Origin: Escherichia phage UFV-AREG1
Reading direction: 5' to 3' (one strand)
Sequence record: KX009778
Length of the DNA stretch: 64,000 bases
Part shown: piece by piece, positions 27,833 through 36,743 of the stretch
How positions within the stretch are numbered: position 1 is the stretch's first letter
How the letters are laid out: every line of letters begins with the position of its first letter
The notes under the pieces: generated by a model
What the model was told of the DNA's origin: nothing
Seen by the model: only the letters and a program-made list of their open reading frames with translations
Database searches by the model: none
Translations under genes and position numbers: made by a program

Positions 27833-27862
27833 ATTATACCACAGTCAAGAGGAAAAGTAAAC
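27833..27862 (-). promoter_or_regulatory. Early promoter upstream of regB
   Basis: Minus strand GTTTAC-18nt-TATAAT, then GAGGAG SD and regB ATG. Confidence 0.65.
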
Positions 27863-27864
27863 AG

Positions 27865-28143
27865 TTATTCTTTAAATCTAATCAATTTATTCATAGACTT
27901 TGTAACTTCTGCACGAACCTCATGCAGGTTTTTAAGCTGTTCAAGACGCTGCTCATAGTAAGCAATTTCATCTTCTTCGAGACAGTCCTGTGAATCTTCT
28001 TTAAGATAACGTGCATAGTCCTGGAAAGCTTTACGGACTACTTCTTGGAAGTCATCAAGACTTTGAATTTTCTTAGGAGCAACAGATACACGACGAGGGG
28101 CAGTATAATACTCATAACCAAACCCTGCGCTTAATTGAGCCAT
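27865..28143 (-). CDS. hypothetical protein
   Basis: ORF trimmed to ATG at 28143 (TAATG overlap with upstream stop). Confidence 0.5.
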   Translation of the reverse strand: MAQLSAGFGYEYYTAPRRVSVAPKKIQSLDDFQEVVRKAFQDYARYLKEDSQDCLEEDEIAYYEQRLEQLKNLHEVRAEVTKSMNKLIRFKE

Positions 28144-28409
28144 TAATATTTTTCCTCTGGTTGGAACACAGCACGACAAGCCCACATACTGGCTTCTTTG
28201 AGTTTCGTTTTAGCAATAGTTAACTGATCGAGGCTTTCAGCATAATTCTTTGCGAATTCACAGTCTTCACAATTATCCAGTGCTTCCCAGAATTCATCAT
28301 ATAAAGCATCAAAGATAAGTCCTAAACGAACTTCAGCGTCTTTGATAGCATTCACCTTACCGATTTTCTCTTCAGTGTGCGGCTTATAACCTTTAATGTC
28401 TTCAATCAT
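28143..28409 (-). CDS. hypothetical protein (88 aa)
   Basis: ORF track. Confidence 0.5.
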   Translation of the reverse strand: MIEDIKGYKPHTEEKIGKVNAIKDAEVRLGLIFDALYDEFWEALDNCEDCEFAKNYAESLDQLTIAKTKLKEASMWACRAVFQPEEKY

Positions 28410-28623
28410 ATTCTACTTCCTCACCAGTACCCAAATCATATTCAACTAAACGAATAGGTTCATGAATGCCATATCCTTGAACAGAAATTTCTGTCGTAGG
28501 ATAAATTCCATCAATATCACCCATATTCCACGCTTCGTTAAATTGCTGTTCGCCTGAATTACTAAACCACTCGGCGAAAGCATTTAGCACATCTTTAGAA
28601 CCTTCAATAATTATCTTTGCCAT
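28402..28623 (-). CDS. hypothetical protein (73 aa)
   Basis: ORF track. Confidence 0.5.
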   Translation of the reverse strand: MAKIIIEGSKDVLNAFAEWFSNSGEQQFNEAWNMGDIDGIYPTTEISVQGYGIHEPIRLVEYDLGTGEEVEYD

Positions 28624-28985
28624 TACAAACTCTTGGTGAATGTACGAGCGATAACGTCGCGCTGCTGTTCCGGAGTCAGAGAGTTAAAGCGAACTGCATA
28701 ACCGGATACACGGATGGTCAGCTGCGGATATTTTTCCGGATGCTTAACTGCATCTTCCAGAGTTTCACGACGCAGAACGTTAACGTTCAGATGTTGACCA
28801 CCTTCAACTTTAACTGTAGGCTGTTGCTCAATTTCAATTTCACGGGCATGCAAACCGTAGAAAATTTCTGGGTCTACAAAAGAGTCCTCTTTAAAGGTTT
28901 TAGAGACAATAATTCGTGCTTGAATACCATCTTCAAAATAAATAGTACCTTTATGTGTGCCTTCAAGAATTTGATATGCTTTCAT
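28623..28985 (-). CDS. Autonomous glycyl-radical cofactor, GrcA/YfiD-like
   Basis: 120-aa ORF; C-terminal half [57 protein letters not shown] contains glycyl-radical motif RVSGY and matches recalled E. coli GrcA almost exactly. Confidence 0.85.
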   Translation of the reverse strand: MKAYQILEGTHKGTIYFEDGIQARIIVSKTFKEDSFVDPEIFYGLHAREIEIEQQPTVKVEGGQHLNVNVLRRETLEDAVKHPEKYPQLTIRVSGYAVRFNSLTPEQQRDVIARTFTKSL

Positions 28986-28992
28986 ATAAACC

Positions 28993-29322
28993 TCAATTAG
29001 AAAATAAATTTATCCAAGATTGTTCTTTAATTAAAAATGGCTCAGAATCATATGCCATTAAACTCTGCGTGATTAGTCCTTTAAAAGGTCCATCAATAAA
29101 TTCCATGGTAAAATATGGAATTTTATTCATTAGCCGTGCATTAGGAGCAGTACATAAAACTCTGCATCCTTTGAATACACCCTTTTGTAATTTGTATTGC
29201 TTGGGATAAAATTCGCTCAAAATGTTATTATTTGCTAAAATTTCAAAATGATTCACCAATTTATTTTTAATAGTTTTTGGCGAAAAATAAAGATATTCGA
29301 AAAGCTGTGTGTCTGTCATCAT
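28993..29322 (-). CDS. hypothetical protein
   Basis: ORF 28993..29373 trimmed to internal Met. Confidence 0.45.
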   Translation of the reverse strand: MMTDTQLFEYLYFSPKTIKNKLVNHFEILANNNILSEFYPKQYKLQKGVFKGCRVLCTAPNARLMNKIPYFTMEFIDGPFKGLITQSLMAYDSEPFLIKEQSWINLFSN

Positions 29323-29858
29323 TGCATTCCGATTACGAAAAACTGTGGACGAGTAATACCACCAATACAACATTTAATATTACAGCAGCAGTGTACAGTG
29401 TCAATATGGACACTATAAATCTTATCCATATCAGGAGATTTGACAGGCTCGTCAATTATATACAAAATTCGCGAAAGCGATAAACCTCTGAACTTGCTTC
29501 CTTTATTACCTATAAAACTACGCACAGAATCAGTAAATAAACGAAAACGTATATCATCATTAGAATAACGCGAAAATTCCTTTTTAATGTTATTTGCAGA
29601 AATTTTAGCGTAAGCTGAAGTATTAGAAAGAACAATAACTGTTCCACCGTCATACAACCAATTAGCGGCAAAATTAGTTACTGCAGTTGATTTACCAGAT
29701 TGACGTCCACCATCTAGTCGAAGTGTGCAATACTGCTTAAGTAAGTCTTCAAATGGCGGGATATATTCGTTTTTACAAATTTCTTCTACTCTAGCGTCAG
29801 AATGGTGTGTAAAAGCATTCATCAGGGATAGATAAGGACCAGTTAAAAATGTTCTCAT
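29319..29858 (-). CDS. small P-loop NTPase (179 aa)
   Basis: Walker A DGGRQSGKST and Walker B-like ILYIIDEP. Confidence 0.6.
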   Translation of the reverse strand: MRTFLTGPYLSLMNAFTHHSDARVEEICKNEYIPPFEDLLKQYCTLRLDGGRQSGKSTAVTNFAANWLYDGGTVIVLSNTSAYAKISANNIKKEFSRYSNDDIRFRLFTDSVRSFIGNKGSKFRGLSLSRILYIIDEPVKSPDMDKIYSVHIDTVHCCCNIKCCIGGITRPQFFVIGMQ

Positions 29859-30010
29859 TTCTTCTCTCTAAATTTGGGCCATTCCATGGCGCATGAATTG
29901 TCCATTTCTGTATTTACCCATTACCGCACTTGGGCTCGACCTTATTACAGGTTGGCGGGAATCCCTCACAGAATCATGAGGTCCAGCTTGTTCCCATATT
30001 TCTTATTTGC

Positions 30011-30484
30011 TTATTTGAATGATTTAACGTACTGAATAGAACCTTTACTATTCACAAAGGCAATTTTACCATTTTTGTTATACATGGTAGCAGTACGCTG
30101 ATAGCCATAAGTTTGTTTACCAGATTGATAACCAACTAATGCGAAATTATCTTCACCCATTTTATTCTGTTTAGCGCGAATACGTTCATGGCCATGTGCC
30201 ATAAGAACCTTAGCATCACCAGTTGCAATGGATCGACGAGTTTTTTCATCTTCAACTGTATTAACAAAATCGTCAAATGAATCAAATTTAGCATGAGATT
30301 TATTATACAGTTTTCCATCTACTGCATAATTATATCCTTGTACATCCATCTCAACTTCTGTACCATCATCCAATACAGCAGTGATTTTCTGACCTTTTTT
30401 AAATTTCAAAAGATCAGTAAAAGATTCAGCAATAATTTGAGAATTAATAGCTGCTTCAGTGATAAATTCTTGATATGTTTTCAT
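30011..30484 (-). CDS. Head internal protein candidate with capsid-targeting sequence (ipIII position)
   Basis: N-terminus MKTYQEFITEA matches T4 internal-protein CTS cleaved by prohead protease; located just downstream of e on the minus strand as in T4; body unlike recalled T4 IPIII. Confidence 0.7.
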   Translation of the reverse strand: MKTYQEFITEAAINSQIIAESFTDLLKFKKGQKITAVLDDGTEVEMDVQGYNYAVDGKLYNKSHAKFDSFDDFVNTVEDEKTRRSIATGDAKVLMAHGHERIRAKQNKMGEDNFALVGYQSGKQTYGYQRTATMYNKNGKIAFVNSKGSIQYVKSFK

Positions 30485-30538
30485 ATGTTTCCTTTAAATA
30501 TTTTAATTAGTAATTTGTCTCTTCAAGCAACTGTGAAT

Positions 30539-30568
30539 ATACTATCACAATTCTAGGAGAAAGTAAAC
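30539..30568 (-). promoter_or_regulatory. Early promoter upstream of ipIII-position gene
   Basis: Minus strand GTTTAC-18nt-TAGTAT. Confidence 0.55.
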
Positions 30569-30572
30569 AACT

Positions 30573-31541
<969 letters not shown>

Positions 31542-31560
<19 letters not shown>

Positions 31561-31904
31561 TCACTCACAAACTCTTTCATTGATTCATTTTCAATATAAG
31601 ACATGTAGCTATTATATTCTTTTAATTGTATTTTGTAATCCTTTTTTCTTTGCCAATTTATTTTAAAATTATCATAATGAAAATATAACATGGTACCAAA
31701 GAATGAAAATAATGAAATAATTTTAGTATAGTGAAGTTCACTCCAAACTTCTGTTATATTTACTGTGCCGTCGATGTTTAAAATAAGACAGTCAATTAAC
31801 AATCCAAAAAGACTACCCGCAAGAGCTGCAGCCAACGCCACAGCAAAAATTAAAAATGACTCAGGAAGCGAATATTTGACTTTATTTAGTTTTGGCTTTT
31901 GCAT
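31542..31904 (-). CDS. membrane protein (120 aa)
   Basis: ORF track; hydrophobic segments. Confidence 0.5.
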
Positions 31905-32278
31905 CGTGATTCCTTAACAAATTTCATAATTTCATCAAATTCATATGCAGCAAGTTTAAGCTGGTGTTCCTTTTTAATCTTTTTACACTGCGCTTTCCAA
32001 TCACGTACGCGTTTACGATAATGTCTTCCTTGATACCAGTATCCTACCCAATTTACCGGTACTAATAAAAGTGGAACTACCAATGGAAGAATTAGCATTA
32101 ACATAAGTATTTCGCCAGAATCAATATCAGTCATAACATCTAAAACACCTCCAATAATCAATAGAATTACAAATGATATGAGTATAACAGGACCTATTAA
32201 CACATCAGTAGAAATTATCTGACGCTTTGATTCATACTTCAACGGTTTACTTGGAAGGTATAGTGATGGTTTTGACAT
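31886..32278 (-). CDS. membrane protein
   Basis: ORF 31886..32299 trimmed to internal Met; two hydrophobic helices. Confidence 0.5.
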   Translation of the reverse strand: MSKPSLYLPSKPLKYESKRQIISTDVLIGPVILISFVILLIIGGVLDVMTDIDSGEILMLMLILPLVVPLLLVPVNWVGYWYQGRHYRKRVRDWKAQCKKIKKEHQLKLAAYEFDEIMKFVKESRCKSQN

Positions 32279-32855
32279 ATTCTCTACATTCCTTAACAAA
32301 TTTTTCTAATAATAAATCGCTTTCAAAATTTGGATTTTCCACGAATTTATCAAAAAGATCATCAACAATAGTTAAGATATTCTTTTTACTAAGAATACGT
32401 TTATTTTCATGCTTCGTTTCAGAATCAACTATAAGAGTAAAGAAATATTTCTTGCCCTGAAATTTTACCGTAGTATCAATATAGAATAAATTTGACTTTT
32501 GTAAATTACGTTTAAACCATGCGTCACTTAAACTATAAACGCCAAGATAGTCATAATCGTCGTTTAAATAACAAACTGTCCATTCAGGAGAAATGAAATC
32601 AGTAAATTCAACATCAAAATCACACGTCAATGAATGAATTGATTCAATACTGTTAATAAGTATTCCAGGACGTATTAAAGACTTTTTACCTCTGGAAAAT
32701 CTTCCAGAAAGACTTTCATCAGTTTCATACGAAGAACCCCAATAATAATTACGTCCTTCTGCCATACGTTTAAGAGCATTTAGTAATTGGTCTGGAACAT
32801 CAACCTGTCTTTGGAACTCTTCAAACATTGAATTGAAATCACTTTGCATTTTCAT
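32247..32855 (-). CDS. hypothetical protein (202 aa)
   Basis: ORF track. Confidence 0.6.
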   Translation of the reverse strand: MKMQSDFNSMFEEFQRQVDVPDQLLNALKRMAEGRNYYWGSSYETDESLSGRFSRGKKSLIRPGILINSIESIHSLTCDFDVEFTDFISPEWTVCYLNDDYDYLGVYSLSDAWFKRNLQKSNLFYIDTTVKFQGKKYFFTLIVDSETKHENKRILSKKNILTIVDDLFDKFVENPNFESDLLLEKFVKECREYVKTITIPSK

Positions 32856-32896
32856 TCCTATTTACTCCAAGTAATAGGAGCCGAAGCCCCTTATCA

Positions 32897-33490
32897 TTAT
32901 TTCAGAGAATTAATATATTCCTGGACATCGGCAGAGGTGGTTTCAACCCCAGAAATATTGCCGTTAAAAGTTTCAACTCGAGCAAGGGTATCTTCAATAT
33001 CAACCTTAGTCAGTGCTGCAATTTCAACTACATCATCGGCAGTACTAATTCCAAGGGCATTTGCTGCACGAGTTTCACGGATATATTCCAATTTAACTGC
33101 AAGTTCTTGACGAGCATCATCTAACTCAACTACTTTCTTGGCGATTTCAATTCGCATTTCAGCATAACCGTCAGCTTTAGTAGTCAACTGCTCAGCTGTT
33201 CGACGATATAGTAAACCAAGTTTAGCATGCATTGTTACATCTTGACCTTCAGAAAGAAGTTTACGAATTTCACGCTCTTTTGATTCGGCCTGTCGATTCT
33301 TTTCGATAACAAGTTCACGAATACGTTTTTCTTCATTAATAGATTTAATAGAAGCAGTTTTTAGATCTTTAATTTTATCAAGTAGTTTTGCCGCTGCGGC
33401 AGTATACTGCTCTTCAACAGATAGATTTTTAGCCATAGCAGAACCAAGTTTAGTGCGAATAAACTCAACAATTTTCTTCAGCATGTTCAT
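32897..33490 (-). CDS. coiled-coil protein, possibly PspA/IM30-like
   Basis: 197-aa ORF predicted almost entirely helical with heptad pattern; family assignment tentative. Confidence 0.5.
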   Translation of the reverse strand: MNMLKKIVEFIRTKLGSAMAKNLSVEEQYTAAAAKLLDKIKDLKTASIKSINEEKRIRELVIEKNRQAESKEREIRKLLSEGQDVTMHAKLGLLYRRTAEQLTTKADGYAEMRIEIAKKVVELDDARQELAVKLEYIRETRAANALGISTADDVVEIAALTKVDIEDTLARVETFNGNISGVETTSADVQEYINSLK

Positions 33491-33535
33491 AGCATTTCCT
33501 TTAGTTAATTAAGGGTTTTATAATCCGTAGGAGTA

Positions 33536-33712
33536 TTATACTCCGGATAGTTTGTAAACTATTTCAACATCGCCTTTTGCTGCTTTATAACCTTCAGCCC
33601 AAGATATAACCGAGTTTTTATCTGAAGATTCAAATTCTGGCATTGGGCTTTCGCCAATGTTCACGCAGTATGTTTCTTCATTTTCGTCGAACCAAATAAT
33701 TAAAGTAGTCAT
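33536..33712 (-). CDS. hypothetical small protein (~58 aa)
   Basis: Manually read ORF MTTLIIWFDENEETYCVNIGESPMPEFE; below ORF-track cutoff. Confidence 0.35.
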   Translation of the reverse strand: MTTLIIWFDENEETYCVNIGESPMPEFESSDKNSVISWAEGYKAAKGDVEIVYKLSGV

Positions 33713-33780
33713 TTATTTCTCCGTTTCTGTATTTGTTTTGATAAGTCTATAATAACACCGTCCTTGGTGTTTGTACACAA

Positions 33781-34044
33781 TTATTTCATATTATTGAAAT
33801 ATTCTTCTGCGATTTCGTCGTTATCATGGTAAACTTTAGAAGACAGTTTAACATAACCTTCTGCCGTGAACATATTAATCACAACCTTTACAGTATACCA
33901 CTGACCATCTTCATTACCCATTACTGCGTAAGTTTCAAACATCGGATGATCAGGACCGATAACTTTAATATCATTCACTGTACGACCAAAATCTTCTGAA
34001 ACACATTTCATAAAGAAGTTGAACAGTTCTCCGTAATTATCCAT
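33781..34044 (-). CDS. hypothetical protein (88 aa)
   Basis: ORF 33781..34176 trimmed to Met MDNYGELFNFF downstream of early promoter and GGAGAA SD. Confidence 0.55.
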   Translation of the reverse strand: MDNYGELFNFFMKCVSEDFGRTVNDIKVIGPDHPMFETYAVMGNEDGQWYTVKVVINMFTAEGYVKLSSKVYHDNDEIAEEYFNNMK

Positions 34045-34086
34045 TTCATTCTCCAAGTTGTTTTTCTGTATCAGTAGTTGATAGTT

Positions 34087-34118
34087 GTATAGTACCATGG
34101 AAGAATAGGGATGTAAAC
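34087..34118 (-). promoter_or_regulatory. Early promoter within conserved promoter-stem-loop unit
   Basis: Minus strand GTTTAC-18nt-TACTATAC and conserved leader. Confidence 0.6.
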
Positions 34119-34256
34119 AGTTTTGTGAAAAATTTTTTAAAAAGTTTTGGGGGAATTCTAGGGCAGGGAGGGGCAATTAAAGGATAGGATAATATATTAT
34201 AAAGGATAGAAACTAAATGATGCCTAGAGAGGCCCGGAAAGGCCTAGATACCAAAA

Positions 34257-34280
34257 AGCCCCAACCTTTTGGTCGGGGCT
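34257..34280 (-). terminator. Hairpin terminator downstream of CTS gene; copy 1 of flanking repeat
   Basis: 10-bp stem AGCCCCAACC/GGTCGGGGCT with 4-nt loop and T-run; near-identical copy at 34812..34835. Confidence 0.6.
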
Positions 34281-34287
34281 AAGAATG

Positions 34288-34761
34288 TTATTTGATTTGT
34301 TTAGCAGACCAAATGCGGTCTTTAATAATTTTTTGGATGTCTTCAATATACTCAAGAGAGTGAGCATGTGGGTTATCTTTGAAACTATAAGCACGAGCTA
34401 GCTTTTGGCCTTCAGTTTTGATTACTAAAAGCTCTTTAAGGATAGCTTCATATTTGGAGATAATTCCTTTAACGATATTTTTCTCTTGTGTGACTTTAGG
34501 ATCTGCTTTAGGAGCAGGTTTACCTGAAGCCTTTGCAAAAGCAGCGCCAGTAGCAACTAAACTTTTCCAGGCCATACTAACAGCATTCCCCGTAAATCCT
34601 TCTGCTTTCATGTCGCGAGCAAATTGGAATCGTGATTCATCAGAAGCATCTTTATAAGAATATTTACCCGCGGCAATGGCAGCTTTTGCAACAGCTTGAA
34701 TTTCAGTGCTAGATGCTTCATTTAACACCGCTTCATTTAAAAATTGAGCATATGATTTCAT
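34288..34761 (-). CDS. Head internal protein candidate with CTS-like N-terminus
   Basis: N-terminus MKSYAQFLNEA resembles internal-protein CTS; perfect late promoter TATAAATA 37 nt upstream; Ala/Lys-rich body. Confidence 0.65.
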   Translation of the reverse strand: MKSYAQFLNEAVLNEASSTEIQAVAKAAIAAGKYSYKDASDESRFQFARDMKAEGFTGNAVSMAWKSLVATGAAFAKASGKPAPKADPKVTQEKNIVKGIISKYEAILKELLVIKTEGQKLARAYSFKDNPHAHSLEYIEDIQKIIKDRIWSAKQIK

Positions 34762-34797
34762 CTTATTTCCTGTTTTAATTCGTGGTTTTAATATACT

Positions 34798-34805
34798 TAT
34801 TTATA
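34798..34805 (-). promoter_or_regulatory. Late promoter (TATAAATA) for CTS gene 34288..34761
   Basis: Exact TATAAATA on minus strand 37 nt upstream of ATG, immediately after terminator hairpin. Confidence 0.65.
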
Positions 34806-34811
34806 CTAAAA

Positions 34812-34835
34812 AGCCCCAACCTTTCGGTCGGGGCT
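34812..34835 (-). terminator. Hairpin terminator upstream of CTS gene; copy 2 of flanking repeat
   Basis: Same 10-bp stem sequence with loop TTTC and T-run, followed by late promoter. Confidence 0.6.
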
Positions 34836-34887
34836 AAGCCTTGCGGCAACCTTGTCGGGGTTCCACCTGCTAAGGCAAGTGTTTGTA

Positions 34888-35043
34888 CGAAACGCCGGGA
34901 TTCGAACCCGGTTATTAAGCAGTTGACGCTACTCAATATTTTTAAAAGGCCATATCTCGACCATATCCGAACGTTCCGTCAAAAACGCTACTCGGCTTAT
35001 GGCAAAGATATTTCCTCGAATCGATAATTCGGTGCGCCGTTTC
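34888..35043 (-). ncRNA. tRNA-like structured stable RNA (possible homologue of T4 species 1/2 RNA)
   Basis: Minus strand has tRNA-like T-arm CCGGGTTCGAATCCCGG followed by CGTTTCG that can pair with GAAACG about 150 nt upstream; no anticodon arm recognised; boundaries approximate. Confidence 0.35.
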
Positions 35044-35122
35044 TGCTGTGATGTAAGAGGGCATCAATAAACGCAAAGATTATTAACGCAATTCCTTACT
35101 CAGGGAACATCAGTCCGACGAC

Positions 35123-35677
35123 TTACCGGTAGCGACCCGGTTTCTCATTTGGTATTTCAAATTGTGTAGATTTAGTATCTAATTTTTTAACTATGGAACT
35201 TATGTCATGAAAGAAAAACCATTCGCCATTTATATGGTCCTGATTATAAATGCTGTGCATATATTTTTCAAGTTCTACTGCATCCTGGGAATATCTAAAT
35301 GATACTATTTTAAAACTTTTAAACGGTGAAAATGTATTTGCTGTTATAACTCTAACATCAGGTTCTATACTTCTTCCTATTTTATAATAATTAGGATTTG
35401 TAGTATCTACCATTATGTATACGAAAGCCTGTCGATAGCTTTTTTCTATATCAAATTCATCTTTAAATTTCAAAAGATTTAGGGCGGCAGTCCTACAAAA
35501 TACTTTCCATTTTGACAAGCGTTTAGCTTTAGTCATAGAAAAGAATTTTTTCTTATCTGTTATTTTAAGAAAAGCAACATTTTCAATTAGTTCTTGTGTT
35601 ATTTCAAAATTACCATGGTATATTAATCCAGCTTTTATAGCCAAATTAATTTGGTCCCAGTCTACATCACTTCTCAT
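35123..35677 (-). CDS. T5orf172/GIY-YIG-like domain protein inside the RNA gene cluster
   Basis: 184-aa ORF; VYIMVDTTNPNYYKIGRSIEPDVR resembles GIY-YIG-related T5orf172 signature. Confidence 0.55.
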   Translation of the reverse strand: MRSDVDWDQINLAIKAGLIYHGNFEITQELIENVAFLKITDKKKFFSMTKAKRLSKWKVFCRTAALNLLKFKDEFDIEKSYRQAFVYIMVDTTNPNYYKIGRSIEPDVRVITANTFSPFKSFKIVSFRYSQDAVELEKYMHSIYNQDHINGEWFFFHDISSIVKKLDTKSTQFEIPNEKPGRYR

Positions 35678-35698
35678 AATATTATTCTCTCAATAATT

Positions 35699-35775
35699 TG
35701 GCCAGGGTGAAAGGATTCTAACCTTTAACCTGCGGTTTAGAGGACCGCTACTCTATACAATTGAGTTACACCCCG
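35699..35775 (-). tRNA. tRNA-Arg (anticodon UCU), CCA encoded
   Basis: Hand-folded cloverleaf: acceptor CGGGGTG/CACCCTG, D-stem ACTC/GAGT, anticodon stem GCGGT/ACCGC with loop CCUCUAA, T-arm AAAGG-TTAGAAT-CCTTT; position 33 is C, which is atypical. Confidence 0.6.
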
Positions 35776-35901
35776 TAATTAGTTCACAGCAATACCTACT
35801 CCAACAATCAAGATGTCTTCACACGAAATTAAGAGAAAAGTGATCAGTTCAACCCTTATAATCGCGTCAAGTAGATATTAATGTGACAACTGTCACAAGT
35901 T

Positions 35902-35976
35902 TGGCGGACATGCATGGATTCGAACCATGGACCAATTGATTAACAGTCAACTGCTCTACCACTGAGCTACACATCC
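35902..35976 (-). tRNA. tRNA-Asn (anticodon GUU), CCA encoded
   Basis: Hand-folded: GGATGTG acceptor, TAGCTCAGTGGTAGAGC D-arm, anticodon loop CUGUUAA, T-loop GGTTCGAATCC. Confidence 0.7.
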
Positions 35977-35980
35977 AAAT

Positions 35981-36067
35981 TGGTGGGGAGTGATGGAGTC
36001 GAACCACCCGAGTCGCAATGACAATGGATTTACAGTCCACACCGCTACCTCTACGGGATAACTCCCC
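35981..36067 (-). tRNA. tRNA-Tyr (anticodon GUA), long variable arm, CCA encoded
   Basis: Hand-folded: anticodon arm GTGGA-CUGUAAA-TCCAT, 87 nt with long variable arm typical of bacterial tRNA-Tyr. Confidence 0.65.
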
Positions 36068-36076
36068 AAATTAATT

Positions 36077-36153
36077 TGGTGACCCAGACCAGATTTGAAC
36101 TGGTAACCTTTCCCTTATGAGGGGACTGCTGCTAACCATTGAGCTACAGGGCC
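36077..36153 (-). tRNA. tRNA with CAU anticodon (Ile2 or Met), CCA encoded
   Basis: Hand-folded: acceptor GGCCCTG, anticodon loop CUCAUAA, T-arm ACCAG-TTCAAAT-CTGGT. Confidence 0.65.
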
Positions 36154-36154
36154 T

Positions 36155-36230
36155 TGGTGCTGATTGACGGAATCGAACCGCCGACATCCTCATTACAAGT
36201 GAGGTGCTCTACCTACTGAGCTAAATCAGC
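36155..36230 (-). tRNA. tRNA-Thr (anticodon UGU), CCA encoded
   Basis: Minus strand GCTGATTTAGCTCAGTAGGTAGAGCACCTCACTTGTAATGAGG...GGTTCGATTCC...CACCA; matches recalled T4 tRNA-Thr. Confidence 0.85.
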
Positions 36231-36232
36231 AA

Positions 36233-36319
36233 CGGAGGCGATAGGATTTGAACCTATGAGTCGCCGGAGCGACTGCCGGTTTTCAAGACCGGTGCATTAA
36301 ACCACTCTGCCACGCCTCC
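36233..36319 (-). tRNA. tRNA-Ser (anticodon UGA), type II, CCA not encoded
   Basis: Hand-folded: acceptor GGAGGCG, anticodon arm CCGGT-CUUGAAA-ACCGG, long variable arm, T-loop GGTTCAAATCC. Confidence 0.8.
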
Positions 36320-36321
36320 AG

Positions 36322-36395
36322 TCTCCATACAAGGATTTGAACCTTGGACCTCCTGATCCCAAATCAGGCGCTCTACCAAACTGAGCTACACGGAG
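36322..36395 (-). tRNA. tRNA-Pro (anticodon UGG), CCA not encoded
   Basis: Hand-folded: CTCCGTG acceptor, D-arm TAGCTCAGTTTGGTAGAGC, anticodon loop UUUGGGA, T-loop GGTTCAAATCC. Confidence 0.8.
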
Positions 36396-36405
36396 TAAAT
36401 TAAAT

Positions 36406-36479
<74 letters not shown>

Positions 36480-36485
36480 AAACTT

Positions 36486-36572
36486 TGGTACGAGAAGTGG
36501 GACTCGAACCCACAAGGAAATCATTCCGCAGCATTTTAAGTGCTGTGCCTTTACCAATTTGACCATTCTCGC
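36486..36572 (-). tRNA. tRNA-Leu (anticodon UAA), type II, CCA encoded
   Basis: Hand-folded: GCGAGAA acceptor, anticodon arm CAGCA-CUUAAAA-TGCTG, long variable arm, T-loop GGGTTCGAGTCCC. Confidence 0.8.
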
Positions 36573-36573
36573 G

Positions 36574-36646
36574 CTGGGAATAAAGGACTCGAACCTTTGC
36601 ATCTAGCAGTCAAAGTGCTATGCCTTACCAACTTGGCTAATTCCCA
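36574..36646 (-). tRNA. tRNA-Gln (anticodon UUG), CCA not encoded
   Basis: Hand-folded: TGGGAAT/ATTCCCA acceptor, anticodon arm TAGCA-CUUUGAC-TGCTA, T-loop AAAGGTTCGAGTCCTTT; abuts tRNA-Leu with 1-nt spacer. Confidence 0.8.
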
Positions 36647-36743
36647 ATTATTAACAAAGGCTCTCAGGAAAGAACCCTTGATGATAGAGGGTATTAATCA
36701 GTGCGGTATGAGTTAATAATAACAAATAATTCTTAAAGCATAT

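Noticed and set aside
29859-30010. 150-bp intergenic segment noticeably more GC-rich than surroundings; considered as tRNA or small RNA
   Set aside because: No tRNA cloverleaf, no T-loop motif and no convincing promoter or terminator could be folded by eye; kept only as a possible relic mentioned under the ipIII-locus finding.
33515-33560. GTTTAC and TATAAT pair around hairpin GGAGTA-tta-TACTCC considered as another early promoter
   Set aside because: Spacer between the elements is only about 13 nt, too short for a sigma70 promoter; the -10-like sequence lies inside the 3-prime end of a small ORF and is more likely just a hairpin.
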